Source: Lingula anatina
Taxonomy: Eukaryota > Animalia > Brachiopoda
Reading direction: 5' to 3'
NCBI GenBank assembly: GCA_051362555.1
Contig: CM120641.1
Location: forward strand, 43,096,401 to 43,160,400
DNA length: 64,000 nt
Within the stretch, counting starts at the first letter, position 1. Every line of letters starts with the position of its first letter. The translations under genes and the position numbers were made by a program. Shown in pieces: positions 13,701 to 27,770 of the stretch. Below the pieces are notes generated by a model. That model searched no databases. It saw only the letters and a program-made list of their open reading frames with translations, and was not told where the DNA came from.

Positions 13701-16700
13701 GGATGGGAGGCTTTAAATTATTTACAATTTCATTCTTTATAAGACCTTCATCTTTTTATTTATATATATATCCCTTGTTGCTTAATCTAGGCAGTAGCTC
13801 AGTCTTGTAAAGATTCTGTGCCAAAATTAATTAAAATTTATGTGGCATTTGTAACAGCTGTTGTTCACTGTATGTCAAGTAAGAAAAAGGTGAGTTTGGA
13901 CTAGACTTCATAAATTCAATGCTTTAACACTGTTCAAAACATTAAAAAACTATTAATTCATTGTCAGATGTGCTATTTTTGAAGTAGAAATCTGTATTAT
14001 GAAGGATCTTCAATATTGGACCAAACATTTATTTCTATGCATATTTTTGTTTCCACTTGTTCATAATTTATTTTAATAAAATGAATATCTTGGAAGAATT
14101 TTGACAGAATTTCTATACATATAAAAATTTAGTTGAGAATTGTTGTGTAGGAACTGACTATACAGTTGCATTTAATTTATTTAATACAGACCAGTGCAAA
14201 TAATTAATGTTTTGAAGTGCTTTAAATTTTAGCATATATGTGGCTGTATATTTGTCATGTTTGCTGTCTAATTGTAGACGCTGGCAAAGATCCTGATAGC
14301 TTCAGCTCGGTGGAGTTGGTGGTAGTGATAGCAGGACCAGTATGCTTTGTCTGTGTGTGCCTTATGATCACACTGTTAATCTGCAACCGCCGCCACCCAA
14401 ACTGTATGAGGTACCAGCAGCCAGAGCCCGAGATGGAAACAATGCTGCCCCCTGGTGACCAGTTGTCAATCAAAGAATTGCTGGATGACTGGACACACTC
14501 TGGGTCAGGATCAGGTAAGTTCACTAGATTTTTCAAAAATTAAAGTCAAACAGGTGGAGATCTAAAAGCTTATCCAGCATTTAAACTGCGGTAATGACTC
14601 AGTTTTTTCTTTGGAAATAATGAATTATCTACAAGTATATAATTTTGGAATTATTAAAACGGTATTTCTTTGTAGCATTTGTGGTGTTTTAGCTGTATAG
14701 AATACAACTATAAGGTAGCCTGCTTTCCATTTGTTGCAAACAATAAGTATGAATTTTCTGAATTTAAGAATTTATGACTTTAAAAAATATTGTTTCTGAA
14801 AAATTTACAATTTTCTCCATTAAAAAAAATAGTCATTAAAAATTTTGTGTAAGGCCCTTTTCTCATCAAGCGGTAGTTTTAATAGCTAGGACTGGTCTGC
14901 TTTGAGAGATCCATACATTTAATGACACGACAAGCATTCTCCGCACGTTGGCTTTTTAGTCTAGTCAATTAATGGGCCGTGCCGAGTGAGGCGCCTCTCT
15001 TACATAATAACCAGGTGATTGAGTTGTCTATCTTTCAAGGTGATCTGGTCCATGTTAGTGTACAGCATGATATGAAATGGACCTAATATACATGTAATGC
15101 AATCAAATTAGAATATGCTCAACATGTGGCTCAAGTATACTATCTCACATCTCACAATTTAGAGTGAGATATTGCTTCCACAGGAAATGCAATTCTGCGG
15201 TTTTCAGGAAAAAAATACAGCTCTGATAATTTAGGCATATTCCTGTCGGATCCTCTCTAAGACCTGGTTAAGTCCTGGGATTCCATACAGACACATTGAT
15301 AGTTTAGCAGACACATGAATGAACTGTGCATTAGTCTGTCTAAGGGGTTAGATAAGTGCTCTCAGTGCAAAACTTTTGGTGGGTGAATAATAGAAATACC
15401 TTTAATTGTTTCATAATGGAATATCATTTTTACCATTCGCAATTGTTAGAAGGTAATTTGAGATGTAATGCAAAAGTTAATTACCTTATGCAGAATTTTG
15501 AAGCTTTGGTGTTGCTCTAAAGCCATTAATAGTGCTGAGGAAAGCTTTAGGGCAACATAAGTGGTTGAATGATGAAAAATGATATGTTGGTGTATGCACT
15601 GAGCAATGGATTTGTCCATAGCGTTGTCGTATTTTTGTTTTACTTCAAAATCACCGATTCATAATGGCTTCACTTAAAGAGTCATCATGTTTGCTTGATT
15701 TTCACGAAAGTTATTTGCACATTTCATTCTTTATCAGTCCTGTTGTCCAGTGTTTTCTTCAACCCAGTATTGTATTTTTGAATTAACTCTGACAAGCTTG
15801 ACGTTAGTTTGTATGTCTGGTGACAGTATTATGTAATATTATATAAAAAGTTCTTTCTTTCTTTTTTTATTTATTATTCATTGCCAGGTTTAATGCCAAG
15901 TTTACATTACACCTCAAATTACCTTTTTGACTATTCTGAATTTTCAAAAATGAAACTTCATTGTTAAATAAAACATGTTATTTACACATACAGGTGAAAC
16001 CTTTTTGTGAATGTTTAAATATTATATACATGCTGCCCCTTTTCATGTTGGCAAATGTGTGAATGGGTTAAGCAGATGTGCTAATGTGCTAACAATATGA
16101 ATCAAACAACCAACTTATGAAACACCTTGTAGCTTATGGGTAGATGATGGTTTGAAATGAATTGGGATATTATGAAGATCTCACTTTCATAATACATTCA
16201 CTTCAGATGGACAGAATTTGAACCTCAAAGTTCATAGCATGACCACGGTTTCAAAATGTTGCTTTTGGGAGAATTCGCTTTTTGTCTACTGTTTTTCACA
16301 ACCTGCTGCCCAAGTTACGTAAATGCCTTTTTTATTTGAGGTCCCATTTTCTTGTTGGGCGATTTCCTGTTGTTCAGTACATGGTAAACAGTTGATAAAC
16401 ACAGTTTTATAACTATGGTATTAGCAACCTTGACCTTGGTATTTGGAAAAAATAACCAGCCAATAAAACATTCCCCTAAATAGCAACTAAACCACATGGC
16501 ACAAAAGAATTGATCATAGTGCTCTTTATGACCTCAGAAGTATTAGATTACTCGCAATTTTGACTCTGCTCCTTCTTAGTGTATCAAGAGGAAATGAGGC
16601 ACTTCAATGGAAGTCTCTGGTATGGCGAATACTTAGAAAAGCAAATCTAAAATATATCAGAAGAAGCAAATATTAATATTTCATAAAGATATTGCCATCT

Positions 16701-19156
16701 ATTATGTACCAGTAGTGGTCCTTTAGACATATATAGACAGATGCAGGTACAGGTTAAAGAAAATTGAAATGAAAAAATACCTTTTGTATTCTTTAGAGAT
16801 CAGATCATTTTCAGTGCACTTTTGAAAGTTTTTAATGGTCTGAAGTTTGAAGGTCAAAGTAGAACTCAAACAACAAGGTTGCTATTTGAACATAGTTTTA
16901 AGGCTTAGGTAGGACAATATGTACGCTTACTGGGGAAATAAAGTGAAAGAATAAACAAGAAAAGGTGTATCTGTAAATGTTCAAGTTGATACAGTTACTA
17001 AAATGACTAGCAAACAATTCATAACAGATAATTAAACATTAAAACATCATTCATAGACCTTATTTCACCTAAATATTCCACATAGCATTTTTAGGAGTCA
17101 TTTTTTTTTGTTTTGTTTTGTTTAGTTTTGAGGTTTTTCATGTTACCAGGACAACTGTCAGTACAATATTAAAGACATTGTGTAGTTACAAAAGAGCATT
17201 GCTACTGGTATCAAAAATATTTTCTGGAATACAATGTGTGGTAGACCTTCACATGGTGAAAATTATTTTTCTTGGAAATCCTACAATTCTTTTCTTAATC
17301 ACCAATGTATATCCTGTCAAAAACTTGTAAAAAGCACTAAAGTGAAGTTTTTATGACTGAATATTACTTAAACATGCTTAAAAAATATGAGATACTGCAA
17401 ACTTGAATTCCTTTTGGCTCAAGTTGGAAATAAGACTTTTGTTATGAAAATGGATTTTATTGTCACACATTGAAAGTAAAATATTTTGTGATTTTTGTTT
17501 CCAGGTTTACCTCTTCTAGTCCAAAGAACCATAGCACGACAAATCACCTTACAAGAGATTATTGGCAAAGGACGGTTTGGAGAGGTCTGGCGGGGTCGAT
17601 GGGGAGGAGAAAATGTGGCAGTGAAGATATTTTCCTCAAGAGATGAACGCTCTTGGTTTAGAGAAGCAGAAATTTACCAGACAGTGATGTTGAGGCATGA
17701 AAACATTCTGGGTTTTATAGCAGCTGATAATAAAGGTATTGGAAACATTTGAACACGTCCTTCAAGTGTCATTTCGGAACTAATGAAGATGTACATGTAC
17801 ATCTTCAAATTGACACATTCTTAATTTATTTATTTTGTAATTATTTATAAATCAATTATTCTTAAAATTATCATTATAAACAATATTTTTTATCATTTCT
17901 CAGATAACGGCACGTGGACTCAGCTCTGGCTTGTGACAGACTACCATGAGAATGGTTCATTATTTGACTATCTAAACAGGACAGTAGTTGATTCCACAGG
18001 CATGATCAGATTGTCATCTTCTATTGCCAGTGGCCTCTCACATTTACACATGGAGATTGTGGGAACACAAGGTGAGAAGTCTATCATAATGAAAAATAGG
18101 GGAAGGTAGTTGGAACTATTTTATAGGTGATTATTATACTTGTAATTATGAAGGTAGTAAGTGAACAGATATTTTCTGTGATTGTTCCTTCATGTTTTCT
18201 CACCCAGAACTGGCTTTTAGAATAAATAACACACCTGATCATGAAGTAGTAATCAATGTTTGCAGGTGGTAATATATGTGTGGTGTACATAACTTGCAGT
18301 TGAATTAAGCCTAAAGCCAAGGTTATGAACCTCTTGTAGTGAGACATTAGTTTCAAAGTGCCATGATGTGTGGCGGATATAGACATTTTTTTTTTCTCTT
18401 GTAAAATTACATCCTCTTTTTTCCTTTACAGGGAAACCTGCCATTGCTCACAGAGATCTCAAAAGCAAAAATATTTTGGTGAAAAGAAATGCCACATGTT
18501 GTATAGCAGATTTAGGTAAACTATTTCACCGTTGTCTTGGTTATGTCTAAGACCCCATTCCCAGAGATTAGATCGATCTACTTTAGATCGACCTAACTCC
18601 CTGGGGGTTCACGCTAAATAGCTGTCAGCAGAGCAGACACGAAAGTTAATTACCCCCTTACAGCTTGTAGTAGGCGGGACAGACATTTATCTGACAGTAA
18701 TCTGGTGAGACTCCCCGCGGGGATAGATCGATCTAAAAGCTCTGGGAATACAGCCTAATAAGTGGAATTATTTTGATCAAAGTTTATTGTAGTAAGCTAT
18801 AAATTGCACTAGTGTCAGACATTTGAATGTGGATAACATATAACTGTTTCAACCCTGGCTGTAAATTTTTTTTTCCACTCAGCTGTGACATAAGAGCACA
18901 TGGCATGCAACATGCAATAGCGTTGTTCTTGTCTGCCATCCTTATAGTGGAGGGTTGAAAGGAGGAAATATATGGCAGTGCAATAAATTAATGGGTGACT
19001 TAGTGGGGCAAAAATACTTTTAAGATTTCAGCTGAAATAAGCTAATGTATTTGAACTGATTTTTGAGACAGATTTTGTTGGGCATGGGCACTGTTGTTAG
19101 CAATTCCATGCCTGACTTAATGAAGTGGGTTTGTGGAGGTTTGTGCAAAGATTGTC

Positions 19157-19222
<66 letters not shown>

Positions 19223-20627
19223 GTTGACTTATATATACTCTAAGTTATCATTGTTTCCTTGTCAGAAGCTTTTTAACATTTTGAAAGAGAAATAAAAGAA
19301 AGTTTATGACAAGGCCTACCTTTTTTCAAAAAATTATCTGATGGTTTTAAAAATTTTTCGTATCACTTTACTTCATTTAACTTGGAGCACTTTATACATT
19401 AGAATAATAGAAACATAAGTGAAAGATTTTATATAAGTTTTTATATTAAAGGAGCTATTCTCTTTTATTTAAATGGTTAATTACTGCCATGTGTAAACTA
19501 GATTGATGATAATTTAGACAACAAAGAAGGACTTATTTAAATTTTTCCAAGCCAAATTAGCATATATTAAGATTTGGGTAAAAACAAATTACTGTGCTGG
19601 AGTAAGCCCATAGGCAGGTTATACAAAAAACACACACACGCACGCACGCACGCACGCACGGATTAACCCTGAAATCGTCAAGAGGAGAGTGGAATGTGAG
19701 AAAAATATTCAAGATTCAGAATGTTATATTTAGATGTAGATTTATGAGACTGTTAACTTTCTAAGTTTTTCCATCAGTGTGAATTAAGTTATTTTTATCC
19801 AGTGCTTTTCAAGTTTGACCTTCACACTGTAAGCGATCATTGTCTGCTTCCAGGTCTTGCTGTGCGCCATGATTCTGCCACAGACACAGTGGATATAGCT
19901 CCCAACAATAGGGTGGGCACTAAGCGTTACATGGCACCAGAGGTACTGGATGAGACTCTCAACATGAATCACTTTGAATCATTCAAGCGAGCAGATGTCT
20001 ACTCCCTTGGGTTGGTGCTGTGGGAAATAGCTAGGAGATGCTCTGTTGGAGGTAAAAGGGTTTGTCTGTTATTTGTTCTGGCATTGTTGAAGTATAGTTT
20101 TTATTGTTAAGGAGACTTTTGATTTATTATTATTATTTTGTAGTAATGGGAATCATCCAAGTTAGTTCTAGAGTAAGTCTCTCAACGTAGTTTGAAATAA
20201 AGTGAGTTTTTTGCAGGGTTTTTTAGGAGAGTGGGGCCAGAAATAATGGCAGACTAGTGAGTGCCAATAAATGCTGACAGAATTATACGCAGAATTATAC
20301 TCGGATGTTTTCTCTTCAGTTCTGTTGAATTGCACCTTTTTCCACAACAGTATGGATTCATCATAATTCACGTATTACTTTTATGTTGATATTCTTAGCC
20401 TTATTATGTGTCAGTCTTACAGGTAAAAGATAGCTGATTGCATGTTTTTGAGTTTTGTATGTCAGGTAGTGTGGACAGCCTTATTTTAGGCTCAGATGAT
20501 TTCTACAGCCATGGGTTCTTCGATGGCACTGAAATGCAATCCACTCAGTAATTATGGAGAAAGAAATGACATGTGAAACTCTACAGAAGATAAACATGAA
20601 AGTTTTGCTTTTTTCAGACCCTTGCTT

Positions 20628-20678
<51 letters not shown>

Positions 20679-21400
20679 TCTTGTTATACGATTGTACATG
20701 TGTTATTCTTCTTCTTTGTCTTTCAGCTTTGTCCCTTCTTAACCTAGATGTGTTATTTCTCCTATTCATCAAGTATTTAGATGTTATATCAACTACAATG
20801 TTGTGACATTATCTTAAATTTCAGGTATATATGAAGAATATCAGCTGCCATATTATGACTTGGTGCCCTCTGATCCCACTTTGGATGAGATGAGGAAAGG
20901 CATTTGTGAGAACAGGAACAGACCAGGCATACCCAACAGGTGGCATGGGAATGAGGTCAGTGGATCATATGTGCTGAAGAAAATTGAACAACCTTTGCTG
21001 AATATTGAACAACCTGTTTGGTGTTTGTTGAATTAGATTTTTTCTATGAATGTGCTGTATAATTCTATTACATTTCTAGTCAGGGGATGAAAGTTTTGGG
21101 TGTTTTCACTTAAAAAGAGAATGGTTGTTGCTGGGGGGAGGGGGGGTGCACAAGGTTATTGAAAATTAACTCACACCAGATTTTTTATGTACTGAAAAGA
21201 ATTTTTCATTAATTTATTTAACTTTGAGAGTAAGTAATGATACAAATTTATACAATTTCTAGGCTCTGCGTGTAATTTCAAAAGTTATGAAGGAATGTTG
21301 GTATCACAATCCTGCAGCCAGATTGACAGCACTGCGTATTAAGAAAACTTTGGCTAGTCTAGCAGGACAAGAGGACTTGAAACTGAGGTGTACATACTGA
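5120..21400 (+). CDS. TGFBR1: TGF-beta/activin type I receptor Ser/Thr kinase, ALK4/5/7 (Baboon/TGFBR1) class; 10 coding exons per isoform, ~504 aa (exon 3A) or ~507 aa (exon 3B)
   Basis: Exons, all GT-AG with continuous phases: 5120-5183 (signal peptide [21 protein letters not shown]); 6382-6496 ([25 protein letters not shown], cf. ALK5 CFCHLC..NFTCVTDGLC); 11813-11961 or 12790-12947 (CC-x5-CN Cys box); 14278-14514 ([16 protein letters not shown] plus GS box SGSGSG); 17505-17735 ([25 protein letters not shown]); 17904-18071 (L45 loop [15 protein letters not shown], the Smad2/3-type signature); 18432-18515 ([11 protein letters not shown]); 19854-20051 (GTKRYMAPE); 20825-20955; 21263-21400 ([15 protein letters not shown]). 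Confidence 0.95.
7124..7618. mobile_element. PIF/Harbinger-like MITE
   Basis: TIR gggccattcacactagcaa / ttgctagtgtgaatggccc with TA-containing flanks. Confidence 0.75.
7683..7726. repeat. (GT)n(GA)n microsatellite
   Basis: Directly visible. Confidence 0.9.
10306..10812. mobile_element. Second, diverged copy of the 7124-7618 MITE in opposite orientation
   Basis: TIR gggtcattctcactagcaa / ttgccagtgtgaatggccc; its left interior matches the reverse complement of the right interior of 7124-7618. Confidence 0.7.
10843..11095. mobile_element. Fold-back (palindromic) MITE
   Basis: ggccccatt..ctgagtactaactgatc..aaaaagagatgc..gatggtctccc is mirrored by gggagaccatc..gcatctcttttt..gatcagttagtgctcag..aatggggcc. 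Confidence 0.75.
11813..11961 (+). CDS. TGFBR1: Receptor ectodomain alternative exon 3A (Cys box)
   Basis: tttgctAG|a TGC GAC...CCA G|GTATGA; encodes [49 protein letters not shown]; 149 nt, phase 2 in, phase 1 out. Confidence 0.9.
12790..12947 (+). CDS. TGFBR1: Receptor ectodomain alternative exon 3B (Cys box), absent from the ORF track
   Basis: ttttattccataactAG|c TGT TAC...CCA G|GTATGA; encodes [52 protein letters not shown]; 158 nt, same phases and same five-Cys pattern as exon 3A, no stop codon. Confidence 0.88.
18551..18755. mobile_element. ~210-bp PIF/Harbinger-like MITE in a receptor intron
   Basis: TAA TSD on both sides; tagatcgatcta subterminal palindromes; four further copies at 59061, 59279, 59533 and 61423. 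Confidence 0.85.
19157..19220. repeat. (AT)n(AG)n microsatellite
   Basis: Directly visible. Confidence 0.9.
20628..20678. repeat. (TAG)n microsatellite
   Basis: Directly visible; source of the poly-Tyr ORF on the minus strand. Confidence 0.9.
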
Positions 21401-24110
21401 GTGTAGATACAAACAGGAATTATACTAATATGCCACCAGTTGGCAGTTGGGATTTACTCTCATGCCACCAGGTGGCAGTAGGAAGTGCAATGGCAAGATA
21501 AGATGTGATCCTCCTTGGGCTTACTACTATGTAACTTAGTAACAGCCACATATTTTTAAAAATTGAAAAAAAAAATGTTGAGAATAATATATGTGCTGGT
21601 GTTAACCTAGCCTTGCATTTACTGCATTGACCATGGAAACCAATACTGTTAACACAGTGGAGTTTGTATTTGGACTTCCTTGGGGCATTAAAAAGAAGAT
21701 GACAACAGTCGACAAAGATGCTGTACATAAAGAAAATGGGTGTTCAAAAGCTGTTGAAACTGACAAAATGATGATATATGTTCAAACAGTGATAATATGT
21801 AAGAGCATGGATGTATGTGTGATCTCTGTGCAAGAAGGGTGGAGTGGAGGCCATTCACATTTGTAGTGATTCAGAAGAAAACTCAAATCAAAACAATGTT
21901 GTCAAATGATATCCATTCATCTTAAAATGCAGGCTTTAGTATCCATAGTTTGTAGACAATTATCCAGTCTAATGGTAAAAATGGTGTGGAGCATAATGGA
22001 TTTGCTGTGAAGAAAAAACCAGATGAATGTCGGCTCCATATTTGTAATAATGCTGTATGAAAATGACTAATAATGCTTGTTGTCATTATTAATATTATGA
22101 AGCATTTTAGTACTTGTAATTATCTGTTGGACTTAGATGATTTACTATCATGGTACTGTTAAAGAATTTGCCTTATCCAGTGTATGGAAAGGATAAGATG
22201 TTTAAGCTGTTTTAAATCAAGTATAACAATCCCGGTGTATTTGCATTGAATTAGAATTTGATGTTTTATATGGAATCTTAATGGCTGTTCTTATACAGTC
22301 AGAATTGGCTGTTGTTAGATCGGTAGATACCTGTGTAAAGCCAGTGTACCTAATACTGCCCAAAAAGGGGACTTGCTGAAGACATGTACTCTTTTTTAAT
22401 TTAATTAATTTATTTAATTTATTTACTTATTTATTTTTTGGAAAGCATTATGTTGATGGAATTATTTTTTTATCTTCTTGACTGTTAGCAAAGTATGTAA
22501 GTTTCCCATGTGGAATAACCTATTTTAAGTGTAGCTTGTCAGTATAATGAAATAATAATGAAAAAATAATTTTAGCTCTAAGCATGAATGTATGTTTGTG
22601 TAATTTGTACTGATTATGAGTCAGACCAGATGAGAAGTAGTTTCTTAACTTTGCCTAGCTGAGTTGCTTGCTGCAATTTTTGTCACTACATTTGAAAGCT
22701 TGGGCAAGATAGTATTTGTATTTATTATTCAGGCTTGTACGTAATGGTGGAAAAAAGTTAATTGAATTAAGATGACAGTTTGTTAAGTTTATACAGGCAG
22801 TTCATGATAATGATAGGAAACCACTAAAACATAAGCAGTGATGTGTTGCTCAACTTCATATAGAATTAAACCTTTGCTAGCCCAGGTTCGACAACTTTCT
22901 ATTTTGGCTTCAAAATTCATCAGTTTGCTGTTTAGTAAAAAAGGCATGTGATATTTAGATGTTTGCTTCTGATTGTATAGTTAAACCACGTTTGCAGAGA
23001 ATGTGATATCACTTACAGAAGTATAACCCTGGGGTAGCGTTAACACTCACCAATTTAGCCAAATGCTAAAACTTTGAAATTGGCTAAACAAAAAGGGCTT
23101 GATTTGACTTGTTTTCGTCATATTATTAACATTTGGATAACAAATTGACAAAAAAGTGGTGATTTGGCTAAGCAAAAAAAATTACTAGTGCTATCCCAGT
23201 AACCCCTTCAGTCTCTGCAGCACTGGGGAATGTTTGGTCTTGCGAAATCTATCATCCCCACAAGTCGGCAAAAATTGGCTAAAAAGAATACCGTACCTCA
23301 CAGTATGTCTAGCCAGAGTTTCAAATAGGTGACATTTTGTAAAAAATCTGTGCCACTATGAGCTTGGCCTTCAGCCGCACTTGTTGACAAACGAATCCAT
23401 TAGTTGCTACTTTCCTAACATGTCTCTCCATAAATAAACCTGTAACTTGTTCATAACTGTAGTGGGGATGCTGGAACTGTGATAGAACCTTTGTACTTTT
23501 CCCCCAGGCTTCTAGTTGTTACCAGGCGAAGTATTAATATAGATACATATAGTATATGTCTAATTACAGTGGTAGTATATAGGTGAACGTCCTTTTAAGA
23601 CAAACGAAAGAAGGCTGCCACCTCCTTGGGTGAGACCCCCAACCAATGCATTTATGTAATTATATATATTTACAGAGGCATATGGTGCTATATTATGCAT
23701 TGTTGTATAATTTTTCATAGTAGCATATTTATAGTAAAATGCTAGACTAGCATTCGTGTTTACCGAATTCATTAAAATGATTTTTGTACAAAAATGCGTA
23801 CTGAATTTTTAACCTTAAGGTTTTTTCTTTTTCAGTTTTGTTCAATGCGTGTATCGTATTGTAGTCATATTAAAATTGAATGATGAAAAATGTCATATTT
23901 CACCTTCAAAGCCATGTGTCATTGAAAATGTTTGTCATACATCAGCTGATTTATGTGACAACATGGTGTTACTGCACGTGCAACTTGCTTCATATCATGT
24001 ACAGCATATTGATACAAGATGGATTAAGTCGCAAAATGTCCATGGCCTTTTCTTTGTGCTGGATCGCCCAGACGACATTTCATTGTACAATAAACATTGT
24101 TCATTATATC
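21401..24110 (+). other. Probable long 3' UTR of the receptor gene
   Basis: AT/U-rich non-coding tract after the stop codon; AATAAA near 23433 and 24089. The true end is not determinable. Confidence 0.4.
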
Positions 24111-27100
24111 ATTAAGCTATCAAGAATACTGTTGCTAAGTAGCAAATGATTTAAATGTTAACGAAGGGTTAGGTAATCGGTTACCATGACAGATTATTGT
24201 GTATAGATGCGCGGTGATGGAAAGTAATGCTAGGTTTACTCCCGACAAAAAAAAATTCAAGAAAAATGGAAACTGAATTAGGTCATGGTTATGTAAGTAC
24301 GTTTCTATTTATAGAGATACAGCTTCCACATAATTTAAACAAAATCCTCAAGATTACCTCATAAATAAGGGTGTAACCTCCAACATACTCAATAAATATC
24401 TGGATTTATAAAAAAAGGACAGAAGACCACGAAGGATGTCGATATTGCATGCCAGGTATATTGAAATGATAGGAATTCTTGCCTAGACTTCGGAACCGTA
24501 GCGACCTCTGTGCATACCACTTTCCTCGTTAAGAACTCAAGGGACGTACAATATGTTATTTTTATACTATTTACGAATTTTCCTTTCACTTTCGAAATAT
24601 TACTTTGATCAATTTTTACTTCAGGAAGTGAAGGTTTAGCAAAGGAGGCATGGACTCGTTCACAACAAAGTGCTTATTAGATTGGATTTTGAGATATAAG
24701 AATAGGCACCATGATTATTATTTTTATTTCTATTTGTCTTATGTGGTTTTGTGTTATATGCGTTTTGCTCTAATGAAATTGGGTTTCGGGACTTAACGTA
24801 AAAATGTTACTTCTGGAAGGTGTAAATGAATTTGATAGTAAAACCCTCACTGACGAAGTCTGTGTGGCGTATAATAAACTAGCGTTATGGGTTTCACGTT
24901 ACCAATGAAATGAAAAATCTTTTTAGTAATAAGCAATGGCCGAGGATTTGTAAGCATACTGCCTTGACAGCGTTGTGAAGATCTGTATGTATGTATTGTA
25001 TATAAAACATCGTGTAATGTTTATGCAATAAAATCCTTGTACATGTGAGGTGTCTTCAGTCTTTAAACACCTGATATGCCTAGAAAATAAGAACGACCAA
25101 GTTATTCACACACTTATATGGAGAGAAGGTACTTCTGTTTGGAATAAACACCGTATGTCTTTTGCGTGGTGTAAAACTGGCGGGACAATTATTGATGACG
25201 TCCGTTACGACTAATTTGGTCCTCTGCTCACATAGGGTCCCCAGGCTCTTATTTCGGTCCAAGGAGGCTATGGTCTTACACCTGTGAATGTCCATCATGG
25301 GGGCGATCAAGCGTGGCCCCGGAAAGCAATGGCGGTACTTGCTTGGTTGGTCTCATAAAAAAACGTGTTACGGAAAATTTTCTTATTCGTAACGTGAAGG
25401 AATATTAAATCTACTTCAGTGCAAAAATGTTGATTGGCATGTAGTCCCCTGCTGGTAGTACATGCACGTGTGAGGAAGGCTTGGGTGGCGGCACAATATG
25501 AACATGGGTGTAGCTCTGCTAATTTTGGAGTATATTCACATTTAATGTTGAAACTTTTTCACCCTGCAGCATTGAGATGCTGCACTTTTTGAAATAGCGC
25601 AACTCCGGCCCGTATGAACAAAAAAAAAAAGTTTCGACATCTAATTTCTGCTTAATCCGTAAAAATGGACCGGTTGACCCCAAACTAACAGAGATGAAAG
25701 AAGCCCCAAGTGTAACTTCTCACCTATATCATTATTTAAATGCATAGGTCTATGCAGATTCTGAAAATCGGCACAAACAAATATTTTCACAGAAAATTAA
25801 ACATTTCACAAATTTATAAATGAATAAAGGTCAATGGTCAAATCAAAGGTCATATTTGAAATCGCCACATATGACCTTCTGTCAGACTGCTATAGTAACT
25901 TTTGCATATATATTTAACAATATATTTAACAATATATTTAAATACATTTAACTTTCAAAAATTTTGACAAGGGCGACGGGCGTCACACCTGTGCAAATGC
26001 ACCGACAGAACCCAAAATTTAGGAGGCTCAAGTTGAGATTATACTGAGTATAATTTCATATCAAGCGAGGAAGACACTGGTCCATGAATTCTGTGAGGAG
26101 AACGGTGACAGTGACTTGCATCCGCCGACATGACGCGCAGGTGGCGGAGACAGCGGCGGTGCTAATAGACAGACTTGGCAGAATTGCATGCGTTGGTTGA
26201 TAACGTCACGACAGACTTATCTAACGCAATGGAAATATGAATGGTTATTCAAGGACTTCCAGTAATTTGCAGTTTTTTCCAGAAATACTTATAATTTACA
26301 AATAACACGTTGATGGAGGTAATGAATAATAATAATAATAATAATAATAATCTCTTTTTAGCGTAAAAATCCCCCATTAAAAATTCAGTACAGTTGAAAA
26401 ATAAAAAAGATTTTTCAAGACAAATGATAGAAAGTGCATATGAGTAAGAATGACAAGATTAAGAGATATACAGTATTTATATTAACATTGTCATTTGTCC
26501 TTTATTATAAGAAATTGTTTTAAAAGGTTAAAAGTGATATCGCTGGAAAAGATATGTTTTTAGTCTCTAGACACTCAGTTGAGATGACACCGAATGTTTT
26601 GAATCTATTGACAGACATTGTAACTACTGAAATAAATAAAAAGTAAATTTTCGTTTAACCTTAAAATAAATATATATTTTTCACTTTTATCGAGCTGTAA
26701 CTTGCCACTTTAAGGTTTATGTAGTTTGATTGTTATTTGAAAAAGATTATGTAAATATAGAACCCCAGTAAATTTGTATCTGATAAAAAAATCTGTATAT
26801 TTTTGGTTGGTAGGTTGTACCTGAATATGGATCAAAAGCATTAATTGTCACTCCCAGCATCAAACTAAAAAAGTAAAAAATAAATGAAAATAACAGTATT
26901 GAAAACTGAATGGATTTTGTTTCGAATAACAATTTAAAATAGCATTGGTTGTTTATCATGTAACGCAGGCTCTCAAATGAATGATTTCACGAGTGTATTT
27001 GCCCTTTTTCTTGGAGGGGGGGGGGGTTGAAAAATTGATCATGCATACTGTCACCATACAGCTCCGTGATCTAATTCCCCTAAAGAACTAATATCGATCC

Positions 27101-27770
27101 CAACCGAGAAAATGATGAGGTAATTTCATGTTCACTTTGACCTCAACAAGTCTCAGAAATCAATTCTATCCGCGCGCTTTAAATTTACCGAACGCTTTCA
27201 GAGCCAATCGATCCATTTTCAACGCACTTAAAATGAATACAGTGTGTGTGGTGCGTATTATATTCTAACATAGCTGTGACACAGAAATAGAGACATTTCT
27301 CCCAGAGGAATAAATCATTTTTCCGACAGGTATAATAATCAAACAATACAGGTACACAAAGAGCACGGTTTGCTTTTCCACCGTTTATCACGCAATGGGA
27401 ATAAATATAAACCACTCATTCAATAACGAAGCACAGAGTTCACGAAACAAGACACCCAGTTTACACGTTCAAAACGTTCACGTCTAAATTGACTTAAATA
27501 AGGGAAAACATATCTATTTATGGACACCGGGGACCTTTAACACCAATTTGTTCAGCGTCCCAATGAAGTCTGGTATGACACATTCAAAGCCCTCTTGAAA
27601 ACACACATTCACGCTTCACCTAGTGAATCAGAGTTTACTTTTGACCGACTAGCGCTATTCAGTCAATACAACGGTATTGTTGAGGGAGCCGATAGCTCCG
27701 TGTGCCAGTAAGACGGCTAGGCACGGGTCCCAGGTTGGCCCCGGCAACGCAAACACTGCTCTACAGCACC

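Noticed and set aside
20481-20699. Poly-Tyr ORF
   Set aside because: Translation of a (TAG)n microsatellite in an intron.
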